In this document: in pieces, positions 23,818 to 36,656 of the stretch | How the letters are laid out: the number at the start of each line of letters is the position of its first letter | How positions within the stretch are numbered: the first letter of the stretch is position 1 | Assembly: GCA_964016885.1 (NCBI GenBank) | Contig: OZ024758.1 | Location: forward strand, 28,892,001 to 28,956,000 | Source of the DNA: Eledone cirrhosa | Taxonomy: Eukaryota | Direction of reading: 5' to 3' | Length of the DNA stretch: 64,000 bases | Program-made: the position numbers and the translations under genes | The notes under the pieces: model-generated | The model's database searches: none | The model's input: only the letters and a program-made list of their open reading frames with translations | Told to the model about the DNA's origin: nothing

Positions 23818-24171
23818 TATACTCCGTCATGGACTACCAAAATTAGATAATTTAGCCACTCATGATATGAGTATTCTGCTCAAGACATATTTCTTAATCT
23901 CTACAAGTCAAATTAATCTATTCCATATTTGGAACATTTGATTTACCATCTGTTAGTTTATGTCATAGTTCCAGTTCAGTGAAGCTAAGTACTTTCATGG
24001 TGACTACCATTTCACTTGATCCCCTACCACCTACTTTCATTTCAAACTTTCAACTATATTCCATTCTCTTCAGTAACCTCAGACATCAACTATATAACAT
24101 TTACTCATCATCATCAGTTTCCATAACTCCAGCACTAGTATTATGCCACATATTTTATATGTCTATATATA

Positions 24172-24685
24172 TCATCATCTTCGTTTAATGGCCATTTTCC
24201 ACACTAGCATGGGTTAGACGGGTTGCTCCATTGTGAGAAAAGCCAGGTGCAATGACCATGACTTGCTCACACAGGACTGTTTCTGGCTTCGTTTCTACGG
24301 CTGGATGCTCTTCCTAACACTAACCATATTTACAGTGTGAGCTGGGTGCTTTTTGTCGTGACACTTACACAACCACTTTACAGTGTGCGCTGGGTACTTG
24401 TTGTTGTGACACTTACATAATCACTTTACAGTGTGTGCTGGGTACTTGTTGTTGTGACACCTACACGGCCACTTTACAGTGTGTACTGGGTGCTTTTTGT
24501 CGTGACACTTACACAAACACTTTACAGTGTGTGCTGGGTGCTTTTTGTCGTGACACTTACACAAACACTTTACAGTGTGGACTGGGTGCTTTTTGTCGTG
24601 AGACTTACACAAACACTTTACAGTGTGTGCTGGGTGCTTTTTGTCGTGACACTTACACAAACACTTTACAGTGTGGACTGGTCAC
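24172..24685 (-). mobile_element. SINE/RTE-tail remnant with a 48-bp module expanded about 7 times (24330-24685)
   Basis: CATGGGTTAGACGGG and CTGGATGCTCTTCCTAACAC tail motifs, then tandem CACTTTACAGTGTGTGCTGGGTGCTTTTTGTCGTGACACTTACACAAA. Confidence 0.85.
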
Positions 24686-25062
24686 CTACATGACCAATAC
24701 ATATATCATCATCATCGTTTAACATCCATCTTCCTCACTATATATATATATAACCTCCCAAGTGTTTTGTGATCTACATGATAAATGCACCCAGTACACG
24801 CTGTAAAGTTGTTGGTGATAGGAAAGGCATCTAGCCATAGAAAAGTTGTCAGACAAACAAGTGGGTGTAGGACACAACAGCCTCTCTTGTGAACTCAGTG
24901 GTGCATCAACCATACATAAGACACAGATCCCTGGGGAGAGGCTCTACTTCACTACTCATTTGGTCTATGTAGACTCGTCTAACCCCTGCAAAAGCAGGGA
25001 AAGTGGATGTTAAAATGATGATGATGATGATATATTTGTGTGTGTATATGTGTGTATATATA

Positions 25063-25796
25063 CGACGTCTGGCAACTGGCTTGGTAGACAACCACAAAAT
25101 CATTAACCGTCTTGCCAACAATAATCCTAAGTATATTTTTGATTTCCATGTGTCTAACACACGTGGGCATGCCCACAAAGTCAGAAAATGGCACAGTTCC
25201 CATGACTTTCGGAAACATTTTTTCACGCTCAGAGTTGCTGAAGTGTGAAACAAACTACCTGCATCAGTTGTTAGCTGTCGAGACACTGCATCCTTTAAAA
25301 CCTCCATGGAACAAACTACCTGCATCGGTTGTTAGCTGTCGAGAAACTGTATCCTTTAAAACCTCCATGGAACAAACTACCTGCATCAGTTGTTAGCTGT
25401 CGAGACACTGCATCCTTTAAAACCTCCATGGAACAAACTACCTGCATCAGTTGTTAGCAGTCGAGACACTGCATCCTTTAAAACCTCCATGGAACAAACT
25501 ACCTGCATCAGTTGTTAGCAGTCGAGACACTGCATCCTTTAAAACCTCCATGGAACAAACTACCTGCATCAGTTGTTAGCTGTCGAGACGCTGCATCCTT
25601 TAAAACTCTCCATGCTTCCTGAGATTCGCTAACACTATACCTGATATCCCCCCTCCATACACACACATGTATATCATGACTCACACACTATTCACTTCCC
25701 TGACATTTGTACATTATTCTATGTACTATACATGCACCTTTGATGAGTTGTAGTGCACCTGAGCACTGTACACAATAATGTCATTATTATTATTAT
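25063..25796 (+). mobile_element. CR1-type LINE 3' fragment with an internal 61-bp tandem array (6 copies, 25243-25614)
   Basis: RRLATGLV..HKIIN..RGHAHKVRK..RKHFFTLRV, array of CATGGAACAAACTACCTGCATCAG..., and the same 3' UTR as 22307. Confidence 0.9.
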
Positions 25797-26040
25797 ATAC
25801 ATACTATGGTATTGAGTATTTTTTCACTGCTTTGTATTTCACCGTAGGATGAACCCATAACTGCCTATATAGTACTCAGGAAAGTAGCCATGCTCAACAT
25901 ATAGAAAAGGTAGTACACACGGGGTGTTGTGGGATTGTGAACATATTAACAGAAAAGATAGACTTTGTATGAGACAGATGTACAGGGAAAGTGTGTAGTA
26001 GCAGCAACAGTGAAATGAACCTTTTTCAATACCAGGAATG

Positions 26041-26473
26041 TGTAGCAAAATCTGTCCATGCCTTGAACCTTGGGTGACACCTAAAGGTCAAACTCTAGGT
26101 CTCCACCCATTTGGTGCGAACAGGTTCATGCGTGGGCTATCCCTCAAGGTGGGAGACAGAAAGCGACAGGTATATAAAGCCTATATTTTCCCACCTTACA
26201 ACAGAGAGATCGGAGCTTTACGCTACCAACAAGCTATGTAAAGATTCACCTCTACCTTGAGGCCGCAGAGGTCCATTACTCTCTCTCTGTCTCTCTCCTG
26301 GTCGCAGACTACACCAGCCTGGTCGCAGACTACACCAGCCTCATGAACCAACAACAAAATAACATCGTCAACCTTCGAGACTCGTGGTAACTTGTTTATT
26401 GTTCTTTTTGACTGAAGTGAAGTAAACCTTTATATATAAAGTAAATCAGCCATTCTTGTTATTTCATCTAACA
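26041..26473 (+). mobile_element. Possible solo LTR
   Basis: TGTAG...CTAACA ends, TATA-like GTATATAAAG at ~26170, and an internal 21-bp duplication. No TSD found. Confidence 0.3.
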
Positions 26474-26529
26474 ACCATGTTATAATCCATCTAACTATTT
26501 CTTACTAATACCCTTCGTTAAAAATGTAC

Positions 26530-27120
26530 CATAGAAGTAGTTGATAGTTTCTGTTACTTGGGTGGCTTAATCATCAGTGGAGGAGGGCTTCTCTGAAAGC
26601 ATAGTAACCAAAATAAGAACATGCTGGAAACAAGTTTGGAGATGTTTGCTATGAGAGAAGGGTAGATTGTATGACGTTTGTTTGAGGAGTGTGATGCTGC
26701 ATGGCAGCGAGACATGAGTTGTAAATGTAGAGGATATACAGAGATTGGAGAGAAATGAAGCAAGTAAGCTCCATTGGTTGTGTAATGTTAGCGTGCATGA
26801 ATGACAAGACGTGGGTGAACTGAAAGAAAAGTGGTGTATAAAGGAGGAATCACATGTAGTGAACATGAGAAAATACTGCACTCGTATGGATGTGTGATGC
26901 ATATAAATGGTGAATGTTGGGTGAAGAAGTGCCAGGTGATGCTTGTGGAAAGATAATGGAGAAAAACCTAAGCAGAGATGGTCAGAGCTGATCCCTAAAT
27001 ACTGAACCTCACAGAAGATGACAAAAGAGTGCTATGAGTAGAGGGAGGTGGTGCTAGAAAGGACCAACCCAACCTATGCAAGCATGGAAAAGTGGGCATA
27101 AAAATGAGGATGATGATGAT
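26530..27120 (+). mobile_element. Degenerate RTE LINE 3' fragment
   Basis: EVVDSFCYLG, KGRLYDVCLRSVMLHGSET and RLERNEAS motifs; (GAT)n tail. Confidence 0.85.
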
Positions 27121-27122
27121 AT

Positions 27123-27930
27123 TATCATCATCATCACCATTTTATGTCTATTTTTTATGCTTGCATCAGTTGGACAAGTTGTCACATAATGAGACTACAC
27201 AGGACAGATGACCATGTTCTGCTCATATGCTCCATTTTGGCATGATTTCTATGGTAGGATGCCCTATCTAACACAAACTACTTCACACGTACTAGGTGCA
27301 TTTTACCATGAGACCAGCACTACCACTTTCGCTTTACTAAGTGAGCTGGCTACATTTTATCATAACACCAGCACTACCACCTTACGGAGTGTACCAGGTG
27401 GATTTTAATGTGGCACCACCATTACCACTTTACAGAGTGTACAGACTACATTTTATCATAACACCAGCACTACCACCTTACGGAGTGTACCAGGTGGATT
27501 TTAATGTGGCACCAGCACTACCACTTTACAGAGTGTACAGACTACATTTTATCATAACACCAGCACTACCACCTTACAGAGTGTACCAGGTGGATTTTAA
27601 TGTGGCACCAGCACTACCACTTTACAGAGTGTACAGACTACATTTTATCATAACACCAGCACTACCACCTTACAGAGTGTACCAGGTGGATTTTAATGTG
27701 GCACCAGCACTACCACTTTACAACGTATGCTGGGTGTAATTTATCACTATCACTTTATAGTGTTGGCCTGGTACATTTTGTCATAGCACCAGCACTACCA
27801 TTTTACAAAGCAGGCCGGATACATTTTATCACGGCACCAGAGCTATCACTTTACAAAGTGGACTGGATGTGTTTTACCATGACATCAGCATTACCATTTT
27901 GCTGAGTGCATTTTTACCTAGCATCTGCAC
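27123..27930 (-). repeat. SINE/RTE-tail remnant with an expanded ~48-bp module, forming a 96-bp dimeric repeat at ~27345-27725
   Basis: CATAACACCAGCACTACC recurs at 27361, 27457, 27553 and 27649 (96-bp spacing), with two diverged 48-bp subunits. Confidence 0.85.
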
Positions 27931-28534
27931 TTAAAGAGTGCACTAGGTGCATTCCATTGTGGCCCCAATATATATTAGTATATATTATATCTGTATACTT
28001 TTGTTTATATATATATAGTCACACATATATATGTCTATATACATATATTATATACACACACATATATTATACACACACACACACACATGTATATACATAT
28101 GCGCACTCACACAGATGCCAATTGTCTCGTGCGCTCATGATTTTGACAAATTCACCTGCCTAGATAACCATATCTTTCACTAATGTATTGGCTTTAGTAT
28201 GAATGAATAAGCTCTCTGTATGAAAATTCGTTAACCAAAGAAGAAAGAAAATAGAAACATTTATTTCTTCTTTTTCTTGAATTATTTATTTCAAAAATAT
28301 CCATACTGCTTTACTATAAGAGGAATGTATGGCAACAACTTATAAAATTCCACATTTATCTCTCTTTCTATGTGTGTGACTGAAAGAGGTACTATATATG
28401 TGTGTGTATGTGTGTATATATATATGTAGCAGCAGCAGAAAACAGTAACTTATCAATGGAGACTTCACGGCAGTGAGGAGGAAAGAAAAAAAAAGCAGAC
28501 CATTAAATTCTCAAGACCGTCTGTAGTGGTGTTG

Positions 28535-28546
28535 TGCGCATGCGCA
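28535..28546. promoter_or_regulatory. Perfect NRF1-type palindromic site TGCGCATGCGCA; probable proximal promoter
   Basis: Exact match to the YGCGCAYGCGCR consensus, in a unique, relatively CpG-retaining stretch. Confidence 0.65.
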
Positions 28547-28559
28547 AGTGTTTCTGTCG

Positions 28560-28624
28560 TTTTGTCTTTAACATCAGTTTCTAAACTGCCTGCCTGCTAA
28601 ATCACCACTCAAGTAGGAATATGG
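28560..28624 (+). other. Probable first exon of a host gene, ending ATGG|GTGAGT (start approximate)
   Basis: ATG at 28621-23 (A at -3, G at +4) directly followed by a consensus donor G|GTGAGT and a T-rich intron start, 75 nt downstream of the NRF1 site. Confidence 0.5.
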
Positions 28625-29751
28625 GTGAGTCTTTTTTGTTATTTTTCCTTCCCCCTTTCAAGAATTTCTACCGTCCGTCGGCTGTTATTTGTTGGTTGGG
28701 TTGGTCATATACTTTTTCCATGCACACAGCTTATCATCTGGTTCGCTAGGTGTTGCTATGTTTCTAATTATCACTGATAAACGAACCGACTTTCCCACCA
28801 CCGTCTACAATACAAGCGAAGCCGACTCTAATTTTCATATTTCGATAAAAGCAATTTATTTATCTTCGTCAAATAGGATTATATGTTTCTCTCTCTCTCT
28901 CTTCCTCTCTCTCACATATTTTATTATTTTTCAAATTACTGTTGCGGAAACAGGGTTGGGTTCAACCCTGTTTAACTGCATGGCTTCATTGAGTAATTTC
29001 ATTTGAAATATATTATATTGATGTAGTTAATATAGCCACACTAATATTTATCCATATTTCATACATATCTTAAGAGCGCGTACAATTAAATAAGAGAATA
29101 TATTCTACCAGAACGTGTATTTCTCTCTCTCTCTAACTGTCTCTGTCTCTCTCTCACTGTCTTTCTTTCCCTCTCTAACTGTCTCACTCTCTCTCTAACT
29201 GTCTCTATTTCTCTCTCTCTCTCATGTATACACACGATAGTAATTATGTATATGTCTATATATTACTATATATTATTATATTTATTTTGAGTTACTTGAT
29301 AACCGCTAGTTTCTATATTTTACCTTAAAATTTACTAATTTATTAACTACTCCGACGAGACATTAACGGTATAGCTGTTGTAATGCAGCAAGTACAAACA
29401 TACAGCACATATTTTAATCTAATTGCTTTAAACACAATAACATTTTTTAAAGTTTCAAAACCTCTAAATTAACATTTAAGCAACATAGAATAATCCACGT
29501 ATGATCAATTAATATACCTCCACGTCTGTTAAACATTCCGACGGGGATGCCACTACCCTAGTTGTTATTTCTATCAGTGATTCATTCCGAAACTTCTTCA
29601 TGTATTTTGTATTGGGTTCAGATACATTAAAGAGCCCTTAGGAATTTTCTGGGGTTTTTTTCTTCTATTTTCTCAAAATTCCTTCATTGTTCTCAAATTA
29701 ATTTATTTCCATTCAAACAAGGAAATATTATTCTAGCTTAGTTTATACCGT

Positions 29752-29794
<43 letters not shown>

Positions 29795-29885
29795 CTATAT
29801 ATATATATGTGTGTGTGTCTATATATATATATGTGTGTATATATATGTGTGTGTGTCTACATATATATATATATGTGTGTGTGTC

Positions 29886-29930
<45 letters not shown>

Positions 29931-30091
29931 GTGTGTGTGTGTCTATATATATATATATATATGTGTGTGTGTCTATATATATATGTGTGTGTGTCTATAT
30001 ATATATATGTGTGTGTCTATATATATATATGTATGTATATATATGTGTGTGTCTACATATATATATATGTGTGTGTGTCTATATATATATA

Positions 30092-30174
<83 letters not shown>

Positions 30175-30775
30175 CTATATATATATGTATATATATGTGT
30201 GTGTCTATATATATATATATGTATATATATGTGTGTGTATATATATATATATATGTATATATATGTGTGTGTATATATATATATATATGTATATATATGT
30301 GTGTGTGTCTATATATATATATATGTATATATATGTGTGTGTTTATATATATATATATATGTATATATATGTGTGTGTCTATATATATATATATGTATAT
30401 ATATATGTGTGTGTGTCTATATATATATATATATGTATATATATGTGTGTGTGTCTATATATATATATATGTATATATATGTGTGTGTGTCTATATATAT
30501 ATATATATGTATATATATGTGTGTGTGTCTATATATATATATATATGTATATATATGTGTGTGTGTCTATATATATATATATATGTATATATATGTGTGT
30601 GTCTATATATATATATATATGTATATATATGTGTGTGTCTATATATATATATATATGTATATATATGTGTGTGTCTATATATATATATATATGTATATAT
30701 ATGTGTGTGTCTATATATATATATATATGTATATATATGTGTGTGTCTATATATATATATATATATGTATATATA

Positions 30776-30847
<72 letters not shown>

Positions 30848-30880
30848 GATATATGTGTGTGTGTCTATATATATATATAC
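29752..30880. repeat. Compound (TA)n/(TG)n microsatellite array
   Basis: Direct reading. Confidence 0.97.
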
Positions 30881-31165
30881 AATGATATTCCCTTCACTAT
30901 CCAGGGATAACTTGAACCGTTAAGGTATATTATCCTTGGTCGTGTCAAATATTTATAAAACATTTTGTATTTTATCTGATGAAAGTGTACCAAAATTTTG
31001 GTACCATTGAAATATATATAACAGAATAAATATGGTTTTATAAATATAGTTTTCATTCATTTAATATCATTGTATATTTACTCCAGAAAATGTGTCCAGT
31101 GCTTTGAATCAGTTATAAACATTTATATTTGTTGTATTGCCAACAAATTAAATATCCCTTCTACT

Positions 31166-31202
<37 letters not shown>

Positions 31203-31212
31203 ATATATATAT

Positions 31213-31414
31213 ATTATTCAGAATATTAATAAATGAAGACATTCACATAATCAAAATGTTTTATTATATATATTTCGAAGGTACTGTGCTGTTTTTTCAG
31301 TACGTCCTCATCAGATAGAATACAAAAAAAAAACAACACAGTACCATCGAAATATATAATAAAACATATATTTTGATTATGTGAATGTCTTCATTTATTA
31401 ATATTTTGAATAAT
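31213..31414. repeat. Inverted repeat (~85-bp arms) next to (TA)n; probable Penelope-like remnant
   Basis: ATTATTCAGAATATTAATAAATGAAGACATTCACATAATCAAAAT... versus ...ATTTTGATTATGTGAATGTCTTCATTTATTAATATTTTGAATAAT. The spacer carries CTGATGA..GAAA on the minus strand. Confidence 0.8.
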
Positions 31415-31509
31415 ATTGATAACTCCAGAAAACTTCTTTGTAGAGTGCTTTTAATCTATTGTAAAACTATATTCATTGAGTAATCAATGAACCATATTAA
31501 TCTTTGGTC

Positions 31510-31547
<38 letters not shown>

Positions 31548-32224
31548 AAAAAGTATGACCCCGACGGCAGAGTTCAAGCCGTTTCGACGGCTATTTCAGT
31601 GAATGAATTCTGGTCTTTGTACGTATCGTATAATACACCTTTTCTTGTAGAATCTTTATCCGCCAAACATTCCTGTATCTTGGAAATATATTCACCTTGG
31701 ATTCATCAACTCATCATTTTTAGATTCATCCTTTATGCAGTTCTTTCATTATATACATCGTCCAGTTCTGTTTTCTATTTTGTTTTCGAAAAGCTCGTTT
31801 TACCAGTTTATTACATTTTTTATATGAATGTGAAATTTTGACAAATCTTCACTTTATAACCTCCTTATTTCCATTTTTGGTTTGTGCCCCATTTTTCTTT
31901 TAATCATTTTTCTTCCCTATTCACAGCAGCATCCCCTTCCGCTCAGCATCTCATATCTTAACGTTGGCTCCCACCTATTTTCCTTATAACAATATCGCAA
32001 TTTATCTTCATCTTCAGCTTTCACAGAATCTGAACCCGTTATATTTCACAATAGATTATCATTATTATCGTCGGCTTTGTTACCTGTCTAAAGAATATTT
32101 CAAATGTTTCCCTTATTTAATCGTATTATTTTGAGGTTGTAATGGACTAGCACAGCTTTCGTTTAGCATGGATTTCAAACTGATAATCCTAATTGCACCC
32201 ATCGAAAATACTGATACTCCAAAC

Positions 32225-32640
32225 CGATGAGGGAGGTTTTATGTGGTTGATCGACCTGTTAGAAATAACAACTGAATTCAATTAAACCACCATGTGTTGC
32301 CTTAGAAAAGGATATGTTGGATACTGTGTTCCCTGCACGTAGGAAATACTGTGTGGTCATGATTGGAATGTCTTTGATCATAGGCCTGCTTAATCGGGGC
32401 TGATCTGAAGCGAAACAGCAGCACTTAAAACGAGGGAGCCTTTACACTGTCACACAGTCTGCTAGAAATAGCAACCAAATCTCTCAAATCCCATTCTACA
32501 ATCTTACACGATGACACATTAGATAATGTAGTCTTGGATATACTTTGCTTAGTAAAAAGAAGGGCCAGTCATGACTGGAACATTCTTAACCATAGATCTT
32601 CTCAATCCTGTTTGACCTAGGGTTAAATAACAACCACCAC
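32225..32640 (+). repeat. Two tandem diverged copies of an unclassified ~200-bp retroposon-like 3' module
   Basis: Both copies contain GAGGGAG, CTG(T/C)TAGAAATA, GTCATGA(T/C)TGGAA and CATAG, with (CAA/CAG)n-like ends. Confidence 0.55.
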
Positions 32641-32849
32641 GATACTATATTTAATTTTCATTACCAACACCAATTATTATGTACGATAAGTTTTCTTTTA
32701 ATGTTTAATCTTAAATTGCTTTCAAATATCTACTCCAATTATTTCGCTGATTAAAAAAGGGTCGTGTTAATTTTCTCTGAATTAAATCCATAATTAATTT
32801 ATTAGTAATTCAGAATTAAGTTATAAATCTTTGTTGGTTGATAATAATG

Positions 32850-33310
32850 GTTTATAATATAGGCACAAGGTCAGCATTTATGGGGGCGGGGGTCGCTCCA
32901 GTATTTTATTGGAGTCCAGATGGATGAAAGGTGAAGTTGACCTCGGTGGTGGTGGGTTTAGAACCCATAACTAAATGCCGCAAAGCATTTTGTCAGATGC
33001 TCTATCGATTCTACCGATCCGCTATAATAATAATAATTGTTTCTACTTTAGGCACAAGGCCAGCAATTTGTTTTTTTTTTGGGGGGGGGGAGACGAAAGT
33101 CGATTGAATCGAACCTCAGTGCATTACTGGTACTTTATTTTATCGACCCTGTAAGGATGAAAGGCAAAGCTAACCTCGTATAATAATAATTGTTTCTACG
33201 TTTGGCACAAGGCCAGCAACAATCCAGTGCATTACTGGTACTTTATTTTATCGACCCCGTAAAGATGAAAAGTAAAGTTAACCTCGGCGGGATTTGAAGT
33301 TAACCTCGTA
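32850..33310 (-). mobile_element. Cluster of three SINE family B copies (one degenerate)
   Basis: Three GGCACAAGG(C/T)CAGCA...GATGAAA(G/A)G tail-core matches at ~32860, 33050 and 33205. Confidence 0.8.
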
Positions 33311-33864
33311 TAATAATAATGATGATGATGATGATGATGATGATATACAAATCAAAAAGGCAAAAACTGCAATTGCTCTGATGCTATCCCGGCTTCGTTA
33401 GACTGCTTCATCTTGCAACGGTCTGACATTAGTAGCAGGCGTGACTTGTAGGATTACAACTTAAGAGTCGTCACTACTATCAGTTGAAACCACTTTGATG
33501 ACACTTGAGTGTTGAATCTATTTGACCTTAGAAAACTTATCCACAAATAATGTCAGATACTCTCTTCTGTCAAAACATTTCCTCTCCAAAACAACTTCTT
33601 TAATGTAAAAGGTCTTTCCAAGTTGACTTCATAATTATCCCCATTAGCTAGCCGCCTTCTGTAATAACCGAAGGTAATATTTGTATATAATTAAGCAGTA
33701 AGCAGTCTCTTCCTTCTATTGAAATGTGACACATTTTTCTTCTTCTCCCATTGAGGATGGTTTTACACCACTGCATTCATCAAATAGTTTCTTCTGCTAC
33801 CGAGGGCTACCCAAGGTAAAATACATAATGTACTGAATAAACCCTGTTGTATTTATAACGGTAC

Positions 33865-34180
33865 AATATGGTTTAGAGGTTAGAGTGTTCGGCTCACGAT
33901 CGCAAGGTTGTGAGTTAAATTCCCCGCGGTGCGTTGTGTCCTTGAGCAAGACACTTTATTTCACGTTGTTCAGTCCACTCAGCTGGCATAAATTCTTAGG
34001 GTTATCCGTAATTCAAAGGGCCAGCCTTCTCACATTCTGTGCTACGCTGAATCTCTCCGAGAACTACGTTCTGTGGAATGTTCAGTCACGTGTACGTTGA
34101 TTTCATGAACAGGCTGTTTTCAGTGTTCGATCAACTGGAGCACTCGTCGTCCCGAAGCGACGGAAGTCCAACAACAACGG
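33865..34180 (+). mobile_element. tRNA/CORE-like SINE related to family A but with a different 3' half and (CAA)n tail
   Basis: TGGTTTAGAGGTTAGAG head, then GTGTCCTTGAGCAAGACACTTTATTTCAC; ends CAACAACAAC. Confidence 0.65.
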
Positions 34181-34181
34181 T

Positions 34182-34400
34182 ATGATGCAATTTGGCCGAG
34201 CTGGGCCGACAACGAAGTTCTTGTCATTGTTGGCTGTTCGCTTTACCGAAGTATCCGGTGATGCACGTGAGGGTGCTTGGTTGTTTCAGTGCCTTAGCCT
34301 CGCTCTCCCCTGCGGTAATGCTGCCAGTAGGCTTGCCTCGAAAAGTAAGAGGGAGACTCCGGAACACTTAGTGGCCTGTGACCAGTTGACACACATTACT
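34182..34400 (+). mobile_element. CRE-clade (restriction-like endonuclease) non-LTR retrotransposon, C-terminal fragment
   Basis: RFTEVSGDAREGAWLFQCLSLALPCGNAASRLAS resembles the CRE C-terminal motif GDxRExxxLFQRxSxAxxRGNAASxL. Confidence 0.7.
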
Positions 34401-35039
34401 TACTTTTGAATTAGTATTTCCTTTCATTAGTTTGAATTAGTATTTCCTTATATTTTTAATGTGAAATATAGTAAGAAGTAGAAAAGTAATTTAAATGTTA
34501 TTTTTACTATAGTTTCCAAACACTAGCTGTTTAAAGTATTAGAAAATCTTGTTAAAGTTTTCTACATATAACAAAGCAGCAATTATATTCCATCTTTTGT
34601 CTGGCTTCAATATAGTAGAAGTGTTTTTGAAATAGGGTTCTGTGTGCTGAAGTGTCATTTAATACTTCATTATTTTTTTTTAATACGAATAAATTTTCTC
34701 TCTTAAAATTTTTTGTTTCACTTAATCTCTTGTTTGGTAGGAATGGAGGAATTGATAGTGGAAATATTGGTTTGAGTTTCACAATTTCTGGAAAATCATA
34801 TAAGGGTTCTGAGATAAACACAACTTGTGAACCCTGGTTATAGTCATTACCGGATTTACCATTGTGCTTAGGTGGGCTTAAACACGGTCCCGTTGGCTGT
34901 AGGGAGCCATCTTCCTGCCAAAAAAATTTGTTACGAGTAAGTTGCCTCATAACTAACACAGGGCCTCATTTGTCCCTGAACCCAGCACTGGGTATAGCAC
35001 TAAATTAATATCACTAAGTTTGTATTGATTGTCTAATCC

Positions 35040-35355
35040 TTGTCATGGTGTCATGGCTCCTGTATTTCAACAACCTAGAGAGCTATGCCAGCATGAGTGT
35101 AAGCTCCTGGTAGGGCCACCCGTACTGGACAGGTCGAAGGGTAGGGGTCAGACTAATGTGGACCACCTTACCTAGAAACTAAATAGGTTTGTGTGGGGCT
35201 AACAACCTGGCCTGTAAAAATATCCTGTACAGAAACATTAACAACAAAGCAAAGGGGAGACTCATGATCCCCATCCTGGAGACTCATGGCGTAGTGCAGT
35301 GAAAGCTGAGAGGAAACTGAGGCCAACCCCACCTTTTGACACCCAGGACAAGTTT
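35040..35355 (+). mobile_element. Probable RTE-clade 5' UTR and ORF-start fragment
   Basis: GAGCTATGCC..CTGGTAGGGCCACCC..GACAGGTC..GGGCTAACAACC..GTAAAAA, an arrangement recalled from RTE 5' UTRs. Confidence 0.5.
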
Positions 35356-35460
35356 AATAAGGTTAATTCTATGGCTAAGGAATATTTTTGCTCTCTAGTG
35401 TACTCGAGAATCAATCATTAACTTGATTTCTGTATATTTTTGTTTTCTTCACTACATTCT

Positions 35461-36092
35461 ATAATAATAATAATAATAATGAAAATATTGTGTACAGTGC
35501 TCAGGTGCACTACAACTCATCAAAAATGTATGTATAGTACATAGGGTAATGTACAAACGTCAGGAAAATGAACAGTGCACGAGTCATGATATACACGTGT
35601 GCATGTGTATGGAAGGGGTACATCAGGTGTAGTTTTAGCGAATTTTGGGAAGCATGAGGGTTTTAAAGGATGCAGTGTCTCGACAGCTAACAACTGACGC
35701 AGGTAGTTTGTTCCATGCTTCAGCAACTTTAAGCATGAGAAAATGTTTACGAAAGCCATGGAGCTCTGCTGTTTTCTGACTTTGTAGGCATGTCCAGGTG
35801 TGTTAGACACATGGAAATCAAAAAGGTGCTCAGGGTTGTTGTTGGCGAGATGGTTAATAACTTTGTGGGTGTTTACCAAGTCCATTGCCAGACGTCGGAG
35901 CTTCAATAAATCCTTGCCCAGGGAAGCAAGGCGTTCAGAGTATGGTAGGTGTCTGATGGAGGGTATGCACTTGGTTGCACGTCTCTGAACAGTTTCCAGG
36001 AGGTCAATGTTCTGAGCAACATAGGGGTTCCAGACTGATGATACGAATTCCAAGTGTGGTCGTACCATAGCTGTATACAGCTTTAAATACAG
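35461..36092 (-). mobile_element. CR1-type LINE 3' fragment (single copy of the 61-bp segment)
   Basis: MVRPHLEFVSSVWNPY..LETVQRRATK..LRRLAMDL; same 3' UTR and (ATT)n tail. Confidence 0.92.
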
Positions 36093-36235
36093 CTTCTAAT
36101 TAGTTTATTTGAAAACATTCATTTCAACAGGTCTTTTATTATATTAAAATACCTGTTGCTTTATTTGACAGCTTAAACTTATTTCTTAATATTCTTTTCT
36201 AATCAAATAAAAAGCACGTTAAGAACTATATTTAA

Positions 36236-36442
36236 CCCTTTAGTGTTCAAATCGGCCCAAACCGGCCTAAATTCTCTACCTCTTTCTGTTGAAAATGGCT
36301 GTAACTGGTCACTCAAACTGATGTTAAGGTATTGTTCTCAAAATAAATACTTTCAAAATCTCATAGATTCGATATTATGTGAGGTAAAGCCTTTACCATG
36401 AAAATATAATAGTATATATAAAATAATGTGAATGCTAAAGGG
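36236..36442 (+). mobile_element. piggyBac-like TTAA MITE, basic unexpanded form (207 bp)
   Basis: TTAA|CCCTTTAG...CTAAAGGG|TTAA. Confidence 0.88.
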
Positions 36443-36656
36443 TTAACTAAACTTTATTTCAAAACTACACACAATATAAACATTTATTATGCTATATTTG
36501 TGGCAACTAAATTGATAGGGAGCTACTGGATCTATAGACCTATATACTCTAGTTTCATGCATTAAGGTAGCATATCTGAACAGTTGTAATACCAAACTAC
36601 CCTGCTTGTTTTAAGCTGTTTATATTTATTTCCAAACTTACTAATCATTATTTTAA

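Noticed and set aside
29783-30910. Cys/Val/Tyr/Ile ORFs of ~360 aa
   Set aside because: (TA)n/(TG)n translation.
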